From the IMG/VR virus record IMGVR_UViG_3300042566_001359: DNA of 64,000 nucleotides. One strand, written 5' to 3'. The position numbers and the translations under genes are program-made. The notes under the pieces are model-generated. The model was not told the DNA's origin. It searched no databases and worked only from the letters and a program-made list of their open reading frames with translations. The stretch comes from a virus (Duplodnaviria > Heunggongvirae > Uroviricota > Caudoviricetes > Demerecviridae). Positions 1 through 10,783 of this stretch are shown here, one piece after another (positions within the stretch are counted from its first letter, which is position 1; every line of letters begins with the position of its first letter).

Positions 1-3000
1 GCTAACATTAGCTGTTGTAGCAATAGCTACTTATGTTGCAGGCCCTGGTGGGGGTGCCAAAGCACTTAGCGCAGCAACAGGGTTTTCTACTGCAGTATCT
101 ACAGCTCTAATAGTAACTAGCGTTAACATGGCCGGCATGGCATTAGTAAACGCTATTGCGCCTGTGCGTATGCCGGGTCAAGCACCTGACCCTGGCAGCG
201 CAGCAGGCCTAAACTTGTTTACGGGTGCTAGCAATCAGGCAAGTCGTTTTGGCGCAATTCCCGTGGTGCTGGGAAAAATGCGCGTTACAGGCGTACTTGG
301 TGCCACTCCTTATGTGGATACTCTAACTGACACAAGCTTGTTAAACTTGTTAATTGTGTGGGGCTACGGTCCACTAAAAGTAGACGATATTTGTGTGGGC
401 ACAAACCCAATCAGCAACTACTACAACAAAAAAGATGATGCTGACCTAGAATTTGCACAAGATATTCCACTGCCTGTTACATTATACGGTAACGCAACCG
501 ATCCAGGTAGCGCTGCAGAAATTGCATTCAACAAATTGTACGGCCGTGATGTTGAACAGCAGCAAGTTAATATTCAGCTTGTAAACAACTCTGAAGATGG
601 TAATCCTTGGCAAGAAGTAGCTTTTGCACAAGACAATACCACAGCAGTTGACTTAGCTTTTACTTTTCCAGAAGGCATGCGTCAACTGGTAATCAGCGGA
701 GATGCCGCAGGTGCTATACAGCAAGCCACAGCAGCAGTTGAAATTCAACTACGTAAGAAAAAATCTGATGGAACTTGGCCAGCCTGGGCTCCTAGACCAA
801 GCTATGCTTTTGGTGACTATAGTGCACAAACACCCAACTCTGTGGCCTATAGTGACATATTACTTCCTATTCCTGATAGATTTAGTACTCAAGAAGGCAT
901 CTACAAAACTTTAACTCAACGACACGTGTATGCACTAAGCGACACCGGTACAATAGTTAAGTTTAGTGGTGCGGTAGCCGATGACTATACTAGTATAAGC
1001 GCCGAACTATTAGCAGAATATAAATCTGGCAGCTATGCTGGATTAGCTGGCAATGATGCTGATCAAACAACTTATACCATAAATCCAGTATTACCCTTAA
1101 ACGGATATAAAAAAATATGTACTGTAATACAGCAAGGCGGTAGTTTATTTAGTATAGAAAACCACCTGTCTTCGTATACCGGTTACTACGGGCTTGAAGC
1201 TACCGCTACTCAACTAAATATATTTAATAGCTATAGTGGAGGAGACGAAGGAGGTAATTTTTATCTCGTAAATAACGGTATAAAAGTAGAAATTAAAAGT
1301 GGTGCAATATACGCACTAACTAGTAATCAACCTGTAGCAGGTCAGTCTGTTGTTGTGTTTAATCGCAGCAATCTTACAACTTATGGAGCAGTTGCAGCCA
1401 ACAGTGACAGAGCTTGGTCTAAATTCTTGCAAGAAAACGCAGTATGGTCACCAGGGTCTAGCCCTACATTTGATATGACTGTAAATGTAGAGTTTCCATA
1501 TACTGGATACTACCATGTTGAAGCCAGTGCAGACGATGAAGGCACTGTGTACGTAGACAACCGCCAAGTTGTTGGAATACCAATTCCTGGATTTGCAAGC
1601 ACCGTTAGTAACTTAGTGTATTTAGAGGCAGGTACTTATCCTGTTAGAGTTTTTGCAAAAAATAGTGGTGGTCCGGCCGGAATAGCTTGTACTATTACTT
1701 TTAATGAAAACGGTGGCCTAAATAATCTACCAACGCCAGACACTATTTTGGTATTTGGTACTCCTGGATTTTATCACAAACGCAAAGATGCTTTTAACTT
1801 TGTTTACAAGATCAAAAACTTGCCACAAGGATTTTACGAAGCACGAGTACGTCGTGTAAATGACGATGTAACAGAGCCCGAAAGTTCTCTGAGAAATTAT
1901 AATAAGGTTGCACTACTAAGTGCTACAGCCTATGGTAATGCAATTGACCCGATTACTAACCTGCCGCAGGGGCCAATTAATAAAATACCAAACACTAACT
2001 TAGCAAAAACGGCTATACGTATACAAAGTACCAGCAAAGCCAACGGTAGTATTGATGGTGTAAATGCCTTAGTACAAACCATATGCCCAGACTGGGATCA
2101 GTATATGGGGTGGACTCCCAAAGCTACAAGTAATCCTGCTAGTTTATTTGTTTATGTACTAACACATCCTGGCAATGCTTACCGCATTAAAGCACAGGAT
2201 GTTGAGTCTCAAATAGACTTACCAACAATACAAAATTGGCATGGGTACTGTAAAAATCACAAGTTTGAGTTTAATAGCGTAATTACGCAAACTCAAAGCG
2301 TAATGGACGTATTACGAGATATTTGTGCAGCAGGTAAAGCTAGTCCAAGTTATGTTGATGGTAAGTGGACTGTTGTGGTTGACCAAGCTCGTCCATATGT
2401 TACACAGCATTTTACACCTCACAATAGTTGGGGCTTTGAATCTACCAAATTACTACCAAGGCTGCCGGACGCGTTCCGCGTTACTTTTGCTAACAGCGAC
2501 AAAGCCTATCAAGCAGATGAAATTTTAGTATTTAATTTTGGCAAAACCAAAGCCACAGCAGAAGTATTCGAAGAACTTAGTTTGCCTGGTGTAACCAACG
2601 CCAAGCAAGCAAAACACCTAGCCCGTTGGCATCTAGCACAAACAAAGTTACGTCCTGAAGTCTATACTCTTAACGTAGATTTTGAGTACTTGGTGTGTAA
2701 CCGCGGAGACCTAGTGCGTGTAGCTCATGATGTACCTCTTTGGGGTACCGGCACAGGACGTATTGTAAGTGTTAGTGGAAGCACTATAACACTAAGTGAG
2801 CCAGTTTATCTAACTACCGGCACACAGTATCAGATACGTATTCGTACTAATTCACCGTCAACTCTGCCTGGTTCAGAAAATAGTGAAACATATTTTCTAA
2901 ATCCAATCAGTGCTTCCGGAACATACACTACTCTTACAGCTAGCCAGGCTTTTGGCGATGCTGTGGAATCGGATAACCTGTATATGTTAGGTGAAATAGG

Positions 3001-3868
3001 AAAAGAATCTCAAGAACTTGTGGTACTATCCATAGAGCCCAGCGATAATACCAGCGCACGTTTAACACTAACAGACTACAGTCCAGAAATTTATACCATA
3101 AACATGAATTCGGACGACGATCTTCCAAGCTTTGATCCTAACATTAGTGGTGGCAGCAATCAATCTGTGCTGAATACTATCACACAGGCGCCCGTTATTG
3201 TTGGAGCCAGCAGCGGCAGTAGCCTAGCCGAAGAAATTGCCACTGGAACGTTTCAAAACGTATTGTTAATAAGTTTTGGTAATGTACCAGCATTAAGCGA
3301 AGCAGCGCAAAAAATTCAAGTTCAAGTTGTACTAGGCGACAGCGACTTTAGTTCTGGAAGCTTATTTGGTACTTACCTGCTGGATAAATCCACAGGCAGC
3401 TTAAGTTTAACAGGCCTAAAGACTCTTACTATTTACAAAATTCGTGCACGTTATATAAATGCAACAGGCTCTATAAGTGGACCTTGGAGTCCTATCTTCT
3501 ACACTACTTCCACAGGTAAGGTAGACAACGACTATATTGTGGACTCGCTGATAGTTGAGCTAGAAGATATATTTATTACTGCAATACCTGCTACCACACT
3601 GGATAAACCAGCAGACTTTAAAACTTTTGAGTACAGGCTGTACAAAGACACTGGTAACGAAGACTTCTGGGAACTGGATCCAGCTACTAATGGAATCCTT
3701 GTAGTACAAACAACCGATGTTGCAAGATTTAACTTGTTAAACGTACCACAACCAAGAATTTCTACTGCGGGTATAACATATCGAGTAGCATGCAGAGCCT
3801 TGGATAACAACAACAACTATAGCGCACAAAGTGCTTTGGGTACAATAGTTATTGCAACTATTAAATGA
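1..3868 (+). CDS. Tail tip / host-specificity (J-like) structural protein, 5' end outside window (annotated Met at 128 but frame open from nt 2)
   Basis: 1246-aa ORF; frame has no stop upstream to window edge; N-terminal IPVVLGKMRVTG-type motif resembling lambda J-family tail tip proteins; large beta-rich protein at start of fibre module. Confidence 0.6.
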   Translation, partial: LTLAVVAIATYVAGPGGGAKALSAATGFSTAVSTALIVTSVNMAGMALVNAIAPVRMPGQAPDPGSAAGLNLFTGASNQASRFGAIPVVLGKMRVTGVLGATPYVDTLTDTSLLNLLIVWGYGPLKVDDICVGTNPISNYYNKKDDADLEFAQDIPLPVTLYGNATDPGSAAEIAFNKLYGRDVEQQQVNIQLVNNSEDGNPWQEVAFAQDNTTAVDLAFTFPEGMRQLVISGDAAGAIQQATAAVEIQLRKKKSDGTWPAWAPRPSYAFGDYSAQTPNSVAYSDILLPIPDRFSTQEGIYKTLTQRHVYALSDTGTIVKFSGAVADDYTSISAELLAEYKSGSYAGLAGNDADQTTYTINPVLPLNGYKKICTVIQQGGSLFSIENHLSSYTGYYGLEATATQLNIFNSYSGGDEGGNFYLVNNGIKVEIKSGAIYALTSNQPVAGQSVVVFNRSNLTTYGAVAANSDRAWSKFLQENAVWSPGSSPTFDMTVNVEFPYTGYYHVEASADDEGTVYVDNRQVVGIPIPGFASTVSNLVYLEAGTYPVRVFAKNSGGPAGIACTITFNENGGLNNLPTPDTILVFGTPGFYHKRKDAFNFVYKIKNLPQGFYEARVRRVNDDVTEPESSLRNYNKVALLSATAYGNAIDPITNLPQGPINKIPNTNLAKTAIRIQSTSKANGSIDGVNALVQTICPDWDQYMGWTPKATSNPASLFVYVLTHPGNAYRIKAQDVESQIDLPTIQNWHGYCKNHKFEFNSVITQTQSVMDVLRDICAAGKASPSYVDGKWTVVVDQARPYVTQHFTPHNSWGFESTKLLPRLPDAFRVTFANSDKAYQADEILVFNFGKTKATAEVFEELSLPGVTNAKQAKHLARWHLAQTKLRPEVYTLNVDFEYLVCNRGDLVRVAHDVPLWGTGTGRIVSVSGSTITLSEPVYLTTGTQYQIRIRTNSPSTLPGSENSETYFLNPISASGTYTTLTASQAFGDAVESDNLYMLGEIGKESQELVVLSIEPSDNTSARLTLTDYSPEIYTINMNSDDDLPSFDPNISGGSNQSVLNTITQAPVIVGASSGSSLAEEIATGTFQNVLLISFGNVPALSEAAQKIQVQVVLGDSDFSSGSLFGTYLLDKSTGSLSLTGLKTLTIYKIRARYINATGSISGPWSPIFYTTSTGKVDNDYIVDSLIVELEDIFITAIPATTLDKPADFKTFEYRLYKDTGNEDFWELDPATNGILVVQTTDVARFNLLNVPQPRISTAGITYRVACRALDNNNNYSAQSALGTIVIATIK

Positions 3869-6800
3869 AAGAGATAATATGACAACATCAGCTGTGCTAT
3901 CACCAGGGATTAAATCCCTGCACCTTAGCTTAGATACTCCTGTTGACCTCGTTACCGGAAAGGTCCGTCGTGACCTTTCTGGTATTCGTGTTTGGTATTC
4001 TACACAAAGCGGATTCAATCCCAATAATAGTGAAGGAACCCAAGCTTTCAACGGTCTCAGTTCAGATATCACTATCAGTAACTTATTGGAAAGTACTCAG
4101 TACTTTGTTAGATACGCATTTATTAGTGCTATAGACCCTACTGTTTACACAATCTCACCACAGCTATCAGCATTAACTTATGACGAGAACGTCAGCGTTT
4201 ACGGAAACCTAACTAATCCAAGTAGTATAATTCAAACAAATAATGCTGGAACTAATGGTGATTATAGTGTAGCAGGTGGTGTATTCAAAGTATACAAGTA
4301 CAGCACTGAAGTTACCGGTCAAGGAGTTGTGTATGCGCTAGAGAGTAGCACTATAGTAGGCGGCCTGGCAGTAAGCATTAATCCAAATACTGGAGCATAC
4401 GCTGTAACTGGCTTAACTGATGACTATGGTTCAGTTATCTTGTCTGCTACATATGACGGCGTTACTATTCAAACCACACTGGTAGTAATTAAAGCTCGTG
4501 CTGGTGTGGACGGTACTAATGCGCAGCTATTAACAATTAATGCTGAAGGCACAGCCTTTGTGTTTAAAGATGCAGCAGCTAGCGCCAGCGACACTGCTAA
4601 ACTAACGCTAATTGCCAACCTTAAAAATGTAACTGGCACAGTAACCTGGACAGCAACCGCTTTTAATGTTAATAATGTAAGTTTAGGTCCTATTACTTTT
4701 ACCCAAACAGGTAACGCAATTGATATTAGTGCCGCACAATTTAATCCACCCGCTTATGCTAACACAGTTGCTTATGTTACGGTAACTGCTAGTCGTGTAC
4801 TTCTATCAGACACAGTTACACTATATCGTATTAACAACGGCACAGATCAGATAATTCTTGAGCTTACCAACGAGTCGCATACTATTCCTGCTTATTATGA
4901 CGGAACTACCGTACCTGCTAGCTATATTGGTAGTGGTACAGAAATACGTGTAAAACAAGGCAATCAATATTTAACTGTTGATAACACAGTACCATACGCG
5001 CCAGGAACTTGGACAGTTACTGCTGCCAACGGTGTAAATATTACACCAGACACAACACCTGGTATTTTTAGCAGCTACATTAACTATGACACTCATAGTA
5101 ACATGACAGCTGATCGTGCATACATTGACTATACTGTAACAGGTACCAGCCTAACTGGTGCGCCGTTTTCAATCTCACGCCGCCAAAGTTTTGCAAAGTC
5201 AGTGGCAGGTGAGCCAGGTGCAACAGCTACCCTAGTTAGATTAACTACTACTGAACTGGTCTTTATTAAGTTCAAAGACGGTACTTATAGTTCAAATAGC
5301 GTTACCATATACGCTAACACTCAAAATATTCCTACACCAGTGTTTGTGTGGAATAATGGTATTAACCCACCAGTTACAAAAGACAGCACTATAGACCCTG
5401 CAGCTAATCAGTTTGTATTTAACCGTCCTGCTGAGCTGGGCGTTTACACAATCACAGTAAGCGTAACAGATAAAAATAATCCCACACTGGGTACCGCTGT
5501 GGATTCTATGTCCATTGCTTTTATTGAAGAGGGCAGTGATGCCTACACGTTTCTTTTCAAAGATCCTGTAGCACAATTGAGTGCCAATAGTCTTGGAATC
5601 GTCGAAGGCGGCGTTACCAGTGTTGTAAACCACATTATTGGAGCACAAGGTATCGCACTGCTAGTGCCTGGTGCAGATATCGTATACAGCATAGACAGCA
5701 CAGAAAACTGTACAGCTACATTGGGTAGCGTAACTGGAACGTGGAACCAGCAATTTACAGTTAGTGGGGCATTTTTTACAAATGCCAGCATTACATCAGC
5801 CAGCGTAACCATCAAGTGCCAAGTTCCTGGCGGAATCTACTACTTGATGAAAACTTCCTATACAAAAGTACGCAAAGGTGAAACCGGTGCTGCCGGAGCT
5901 GCTGGAGCCAATGCCGTTTTTGCAGACTTGTTAAGTGAAGCAGATGTTGTCACCACACTAACAGACGGTACTGGATACACACTGCCTAGTGGTAATGCCC
6001 TGCAATTATACAGCGGGGGTACACTGGTTACTACGGGCGTTACTTATGGTGGCGGTGCTACTAAGAATGGTCTAACACTTGCTATTAATGCAACTGGTGC
6101 GATCACACTAAGTGGTGCTGCTTGGACCAGCAATCAAGAAACTTTTAACGTAACAGCAACACTTGCTGGCACAGCTTATACTGCAATCTATACAATTGCA
6201 AAATCAAAAGCCGGTAGCGATGCCGTGTTTGTAGACTTGTTAAGTGAAGCAGAAGTGGTTAACAGCGCAGCTGATGGTACTGGATACACCCTACCAACGG
6301 GCAATAGCATGCGCCTATTCAAAGGCGGTGTGCAAGTAACTAGTGGAGTCACCTACAGTGGCGGTGCCTCACAGAATGGCTTAACACTGGCAATTAATAG
6401 CAGCACTGGAGCAATCACACTGAGTGGTGCAGCCTGGACTAGCACCAAAGAAACATTTACATTAACTGCTACTTACAGTGGTGTAGCGTATACCTATACC
6501 TACAAGATTACCAAAGCTCGTCAAGGAACCACAGGTACACCAGGTACACCTGGAACTAATGGAACCAACGGTACAAATGGAACTAATGGAACCAATGGCG
6601 TAAACGCAGTAAAGTCCACAAGCGGATATATCTACTATACTAGTTCAACTGGCAGCAACCCAGGTACCCCAAGTGCCAGTAGTTTTAACTTTACCAACGG
6701 TAGTTTTACAGGTCTAACTGCTGGCTGGAGCACTACCATTACCATGACAGGTAACGGAACTTACTGGGCAACACGCTATGTGGTAACAGAATCAGCTTTT

Positions 6801-8030
6801 GGTAGCAATACCGGAACACCTAGCTTTGGTACGCCTTTTAATCACCAAAACTTTGAGGGATTGGTGACTTTTACCAACTTAAATAGTTATGCTACTCAAA
6901 CATATGCCGGTCAAGTAGCAAATACTGCAGTAGCTAATGCTGCAGGTAATTACGCAACAAATAGCCTATCCAACGTCACAACAATTGATGGTGGAAAAAT
7001 TAGTACAGGCACACTAAGCGTTGGATCAATACAAAGCAGTACTGTTAATGCATCATACGGCGTAAATTGGGGTATTAATACCTTTGCATTTGGAACCGGA
7101 TCAGTTTTAGCAGGTATATCAACTGTAGGTTATTTTAAAACAACTGACTCAGGTACACTTGGCCTAGGTGTTCTGTCGTCAAATAACATTGCTTTTGCAG
7201 CATCAACTGTATGGTCAAGTTGGGCAGGTGGTTTTGGCAATCGTTGGGGTGTTGGTATTGATGACCTTGCATCAGGCAATAATCGTACGCTGGCAGAATT
7301 TTGTTCTAATACTGTGGCTGGACGGTTTTTCCACCGTGATACTGGTTACACTGTAAACATGGCCACCGACAGTTATGCACTGATCACTAATGGTCCTGCG
7401 TATATGGGTGGTTCAGTAACAGTTCAGGCTGGTGGACTTATTTCAACTAATTACAACGGTTTTACTTGTACACTGGGAAATGTTAATTGTTCTATACAGG
7501 CGACACAATCTGGTATAACTACTTATATTAATAATGGAAGTGGGCTGGATACTACTGGTAATATTATTGTTGGTGGTAGAATATTTGGTGCAACTGTTAA
7601 CGTGGGTGGATATACTGGCGCAATTAATGCTGGCGATATTACTTGCAAGAAAGACTTTAAGGCTGAAGGAGACTTAAGAATTAATGGTGGAGTTTATAGT
7701 GGTGGTAGCTACCTAGGAAGCTCAAGACGTATCAAAGATAATATTAATCCAATCGATATTGGTCTAAACTTTATATTATCCCTAGAACCTGTTAAGTATA
7801 CACTAAAATCTACCCAAGACCCTAAGGTGGGGTTTATCGCGGAAGACTTTCCAGACACAAGATTTGTTCATGAAGGATTCGTTGATCCTGCTGATGAATC
7901 CAAAGGCAAGGAAATAGACGGACTAGACTACACTTCCTTGGTAGCCCCGCTGGTAAAAGCCGTACAAGAACTAAACGCAAAAATCATGTCACTTACTAGT
8001 GAAATAGAAACCTTAAAAGCATCCAAGTAA
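3852..8030 (+). CDS. Long tail fibre protein with collagen-like GT(P/N)G repeat and C-terminal intramolecular chaperone (peptidase S74) domain
   Basis: 1392 aa; GTTGTPGTPGTNGTNGTNGTNGTNG tract; internal ~105-aa tandem duplication; C-terminus SSRRIKDNI...DGLDYTSLVAPLVKAVQELNAKI matches S-D/S-x-R-x-K autoproteolytic chaperone motif of T5 pb1 / endosialidase-type fibres. Confidence 0.85.
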   Translation: MQLLNERDNMTTSAVLSPGIKSLHLSLDTPVDLVTGKVRRDLSGIRVWYSTQSGFNPNNSEGTQAFNGLSSDITISNLLESTQYFVRYAFISAIDPTVYTISPQLSALTYDENVSVYGNLTNPSSIIQTNNAGTNGDYSVAGGVFKVYKYSTEVTGQGVVYALESSTIVGGLAVSINPNTGAYAVTGLTDDYGSVILSATYDGVTIQTTLVVIKARAGVDGTNAQLLTINAEGTAFVFKDAAASASDTAKLTLIANLKNVTGTVTWTATAFNVNNVSLGPITFTQTGNAIDISAAQFNPPAYANTVAYVTVTASRVLLSDTVTLYRINNGTDQIILELTNESHTIPAYYDGTTVPASYIGSGTEIRVKQGNQYLTVDNTVPYAPGTWTVTAANGVNITPDTTPGIFSSYINYDTHSNMTADRAYIDYTVTGTSLTGAPFSISRRQSFAKSVAGEPGATATLVRLTTTELVFIKFKDGTYSSNSVTIYANTQNIPTPVFVWNNGINPPVTKDSTIDPAANQFVFNRPAELGVYTITVSVTDKNNPTLGTAVDSMSIAFIEEGSDAYTFLFKDPVAQLSANSLGIVEGGVTSVVNHIIGAQGIALLVPGADIVYSIDSTENCTATLGSVTGTWNQQFTVSGAFFTNASITSASVTIKCQVPGGIYYLMKTSYTKVRKGETGAAGAAGANAVFADLLSEADVVTTLTDGTGYTLPSGNALQLYSGGTLVTTGVTYGGGATKNGLTLAINATGAITLSGAAWTSNQETFNVTATLAGTAYTAIYTIAKSKAGSDAVFVDLLSEAEVVNSAADGTGYTLPTGNSMRLFKGGVQVTSGVTYSGGASQNGLTLAINSSTGAITLSGAAWTSTKETFTLTATYSGVAYTYTYKITKARQGTTGTPGTPGTNGTNGTNGTNGTNGVNAVKSTSGYIYYTSSTGSNPGTPSASSFNFTNGSFTGLTAGWSTTITMTGNGTYWATRYVVTESAFGSNTGTPSFGTPFNHQNFEGLVTFTNLNSYATQTYAGQVANTAVANAAGNYATNSLSNVTTIDGGKISTGTLSVGSIQSSTVNASYGVNWGINTFAFGTGSVLAGISTVGYFKTTDSGTLGLGVLSSNNIAFAASTVWSSWAGGFGNRWGVGIDDLASGNNRTLAEFCSNTVAGRFFHRDTGYTVNMATDSYALITNGPAYMGGSVTVQAGGLISTNYNGFTCTLGNVNCSIQATQSGITTYINNGSGLDTTGNIIVGGRIFGATVNVGGYTGAINAGDITCKKDFKAEGDLRINGGVYSGGSYLGSSRRIKDNINPIDIGLNFILSLEPVKYTLKSTQDPKVGFIAEDFPDTRFVHEGFVDPADESKGKEIDGLDYTSLVAPLVKAVQELNAKIMSLTSEIETLKASK
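5913..6543 (+). repeat. Diverged tandem duplication (~315 bp x2) inside tail-fibre gene
   Basis: protein-level repeat AVF(A/V)DLLSEA(D/E)VV...GAITLSGAAWTS...ETF(N/T)(V/L)TAT. Confidence 0.8.
6526..6599 (+). repeat. Collagen-like GGNACN triplet repeat (GT-P/N-G x ~8)
   Basis: GGAACCACAGGTACACCAGGTACACCTGGAACTAATGGAACCAACGGTACAAATGG... Confidence 0.9.
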
Positions 8031-8043
8031 TGCCTTAAAGCCG

Positions 8044-8079
8044 TAATACCTCCCCAGAAGTGGGGAGGTATTTTTTTGT
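8044..8079 (+). terminator. Rho-independent terminator after long tail-fibre gene
   Basis: ACCTCCCCAGAAGTGGGGAGGTATTTTTTT. Confidence 0.85.
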
Positions 8080-8080
8080 G

Positions 8081-8109
8081 TTGACAGTTATATGCCTCTG
8101 TGCTATAAT
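8081..8109 (+). promoter_or_regulatory. Consensus sigma70 promoter TTGACA-N17-TATAAT
   Basis: TTGACA 8081-8086, TATAAT 8104-8109, directly after terminator. Confidence 0.7.
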
Positions 8110-8231
8110 ATACCAAAATGTCCGCGAGCTCCCAATTTTTAGGTTAAATCAGAGTTACGTTGAATAAAATCAGTTAAATATACTAAGTGGCGGTAAGTAT
8201 TACAGCCAGTAATAATAGGGAGTACTAACTT

Positions 8232-8594
8232 ATGTTGGAGTCTAATTTTGAGCAAACCTTACAAGCCGTCAGCCTGGTAGCATTAGCAGTAATGGGGGTT
8301 TTTATTGGTGTGCAAAAAATCTTAAAGAATTGGCGAAGTACTGAAGCAGAGACTTCGCTTATAACACTTATGCACACAGAGCTAGAGCGCATTAACGAGC
8401 AGAACACTAAGCTTAGCGTAGAACTAGGCAGGTTGCATATAGAAATAATTGCTTTAAATAAAGAGTTGCAGAAACTAACAGTTGAAAATCAACACCTACG
8501 AAACGAGGTTTGCGCCCTTACTCAAGAAGTAAGCAACTTCAAACAATTGTCGGTGGCACAGAAAGGCAAAATATATGCAGCCAGCAAAACTTAA
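8232..8594 (+). CDS. Hypothetical coiled-coil protein with N-terminal TM helix
   Basis: 120-aa ORF after sigma70-like promoter and RBS-like AGGGAG; heptad-rich sequence. Confidence 0.5.
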   Translation: MLESNFEQTLQAVSLVALAVMGVFIGVQKILKNWRSTEAETSLITLMHTELERINEQNTKLSVELGRLHIEIIALNKELQKLTVENQHLRNEVCALTQEVSNFKQLSVAQKGKIYAASKT

Positions 8595-9171
8595 TTATAA
8601 AATTTACCAAGGCAGCACCTTTGAAGAAATGTATCGCTGGGAATCTGAAACAAAAGTTTATGTACCCATTCAAGCAGTTTCAAAAAGCGCACCTTGTGTA
8701 ATAACTACCACGCAACCACATGCACTACCACAAGGTTGGAGGTTTCGTGTGATAGGTGCAGGCGGTATAAAAGAACTTAATAGTATTGGGGACAGTTTTT
8801 ACTTAGCCACAAGTGTAACCGCAAGCACCGTTACCATTAATCAAACAAACAGCCTACAGTATACCGCATATACCAGCGGCGGTGTCATAGAATACAATCA
8901 ACCTGTTCCACTAGGCAGCTATAGTGCACGTATGCAAATTCGTGAAACAGTAGACAGCCCCACAGTAATATACTCTGGCACCAGCGGCACGGGCGGACAC
9001 ATTAGCTTAGACTTGGTTTCAAATACAATTAATATTCGTATACCTGCTGCAGTAACTCAAAATTTTGATTTTACCACAGCAGTGTACAGTGTTGAGCTGT
9101 ATGAGGCAGGTGGGTTAGTGATTCCGTTTTTAGCTGGTAACCTAACACTAGTGCCGGAGGTTACAAGATGA
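8575..9171 (+). CDS. Hypothetical structural protein
   Basis: 198-aa ORF in fibre module, Ser/Thr-rich beta-like composition. Confidence 0.5.
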   Translation: MQPAKLNYKIYQGSTFEEMYRWESETKVYVPIQAVSKSAPCVITTTQPHALPQGWRFRVIGAGGIKELNSIGDSFYLATSVTASTVTINQTNSLQYTAYTSGGVIEYNQPVPLGSYSARMQIRETVDSPTVIYSGTSGTGGHISLDLVSNTINIRIPAAVTQNFDFTTAVYSVELYEAGGLVIPFLAGNLTLVPEVTR

Positions 9172-9404
9172 ATCGAATTGTTGTAGTAGACGAAAACCAA
9201 ACAGTAGTCGTACAAGCAAACGTACCCAAAACTATTGTAACAGGTATGATGGGACCCAGAGGTGCTGCTAGTTTTGCAGAGTTGCAAGACATTGATTTAG
9301 CACAACTAGGGCCCGGATCATTATTAGTATATAATAACCAAACGCAGAGATGGACTGCAACCACACTCCTAGACCAGCAAACGGTTGAGTCTGGACAATT
9401 TTAA
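9168..9404 (+). CDS. Hypothetical protein
   Basis: 78-aa ORF, start overlaps upstream stop (ATGA). Confidence 0.4.
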   Translation: MNRIVVVDENQTVVVQANVPKTIVTGMMGPRGAASFAELQDIDLAQLGPGSLLVYNNQTQRWTATTLLDQQTVESGQF

Positions 9405-9416
9405 AGGAAAAAGAAC

Positions 9417-10739
9417 ATGGCTTCTATTTTAAGAATAAAACGCAGTGAGGTTAGTGGCAACCCAGCTGTATTAGGTGCAGGTGAACTTGCATACTCAGCA
9501 CTAGCGGATAATGGTTCCAATGGTGGTGATCGCTTATACATTGGTATGGGCACCGAAACCGCAGGAAACGCCGTTAATCGTATAGTAATTGGCGGTAAAT
9601 ATTTTACTGACTTAGTTACTGCCGCAACTCCGCTGAACACTGCTTCAACTCTTGTTCGTCGTGATGCTACCGGCAGCATTGTGGTTAACGTAACAGGTGC
9701 ACTAACAGGCAACGCAAGCACTGCCACTGCGTGGCAGAATCCGCGATCAATTAGCTTAACTGGCGACGCAACTGCCAGCTTTGCGAGTGTTGACGGCACA
9801 CAAAATTTGTCAACAGGTATTACACTGGCCACTGTTAACGCAGATGTTGGTACCTATGGCGGAGCAACCTCCATTCCAGTATTTACTGTTAATGCAAAAG
9901 GTTTAATTACTGCGGTAACCACAGCAGCTGTAGCAAGTAGCTTAAGCATCTCAGGTGGAACTGGCAGCGATACTGTTGCACTATTAACAGACACACTAGT
10001 GTTTGAAGGCGGAACTGGCGTAGCCACAACAGTAACCAACAACAAAGTAAGTTTTGCAATCGGTCAACCAGTTGCAACAACAGACAACGTTACATTTAAT
10101 AACTTAACAGTTAACGGTGTTTTCTCAAGCAACGACATTACTGCCACAAACGTTACCGTTGATGGTAATGCGATTATTGTAGGTAACTTAACTGTTCAAG
10201 GTACAACAACCACAGTTAACTCAACAACTGTGGCAATTGGCGACGCTAATATTACACTAGCCAAAGACGCTACCACAAGCGCACAAGCAGATGGTGCCGG
10301 CTTAACCGTTGGTGGCAGTGGTGCTACATTAACTTATACCAGTGTTAACGATCGCTGGAACCTAAACAAAGACTTGGTTGTAGCCAATGTGTATGCAGCA
10401 CTGCAAGGCAATGCCACAACTGCTACTGCGCTGCAAACAGCACGCACAATTGCAATCACTGGTGATATTAGTTACAACAGCGGTAATTTTGATGGTAGCA
10501 CAAACGTAACTGCAGCTGCTACGCTAGCCACAGTTAATGCAAACGTGGGTAGTTTTGGTGATGCGGTAACAGTACCCAACTTTACAGTCAACGCCAAAGG
10601 CTTGATTACTGCCGCTGGCAGCACAGTTATTCCCACAGCTACTGCACTAATCAATGGTTTAGCTAGTTTTAGCAGCACTAACTTTAGTGTTACAGGCGGA
10701 TTGGTAGCCATCGCACAAGTGGACGGCGGAACATATTAA
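9417..10739 (+). CDS. Tail fibre-like protein with internal sequence repeats
   Basis: 440 aa; repeated ATVNA(D/N)VG(T/S)xGxAT(S/V)xPxFTVNAKGLITA modules; Thr/Asn/Gly-rich. Confidence 0.7.
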   Translation: MASILRIKRSEVSGNPAVLGAGELAYSALADNGSNGGDRLYIGMGTETAGNAVNRIVIGGKYFTDLVTAATPLNTASTLVRRDATGSIVVNVTGALTGNASTATAWQNPRSISLTGDATASFASVDGTQNLSTGITLATVNADVGTYGGATSIPVFTVNAKGLITAVTTAAVASSLSISGGTGSDTVALLTDTLVFEGGTGVATTVTNNKVSFAIGQPVATTDNVTFNNLTVNGVFSSNDITATNVTVDGNAIIVGNLTVQGTTTTVNSTTVAIGDANITLAKDATTSAQADGAGLTVGGSGATLTYTSVNDRWNLNKDLVVANVYAALQGNATTATALQTARTIAITGDISYNSGNFDGSTNVTAAATLATVNANVGSFGDAVTVPNFTVNAKGLITAAGSTVIPTATALINGLASFSSTNFSVTGGLVAIAQVDGGTY

Positions 10740-10783
10740 TATTGGAGGCTCTATAGCCTCCACACTCCTTTTTAGGGCCAAAA

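Noticed and set aside
6526-6599. Possible CRISPR or other interspersed repeat array
   Set aside because: The repeats are in-frame GGNACN codons (a collagen-like Gly-Thr-X tract) inside an ORF. No repeat-spacer architecture occurs anywhere in the window.
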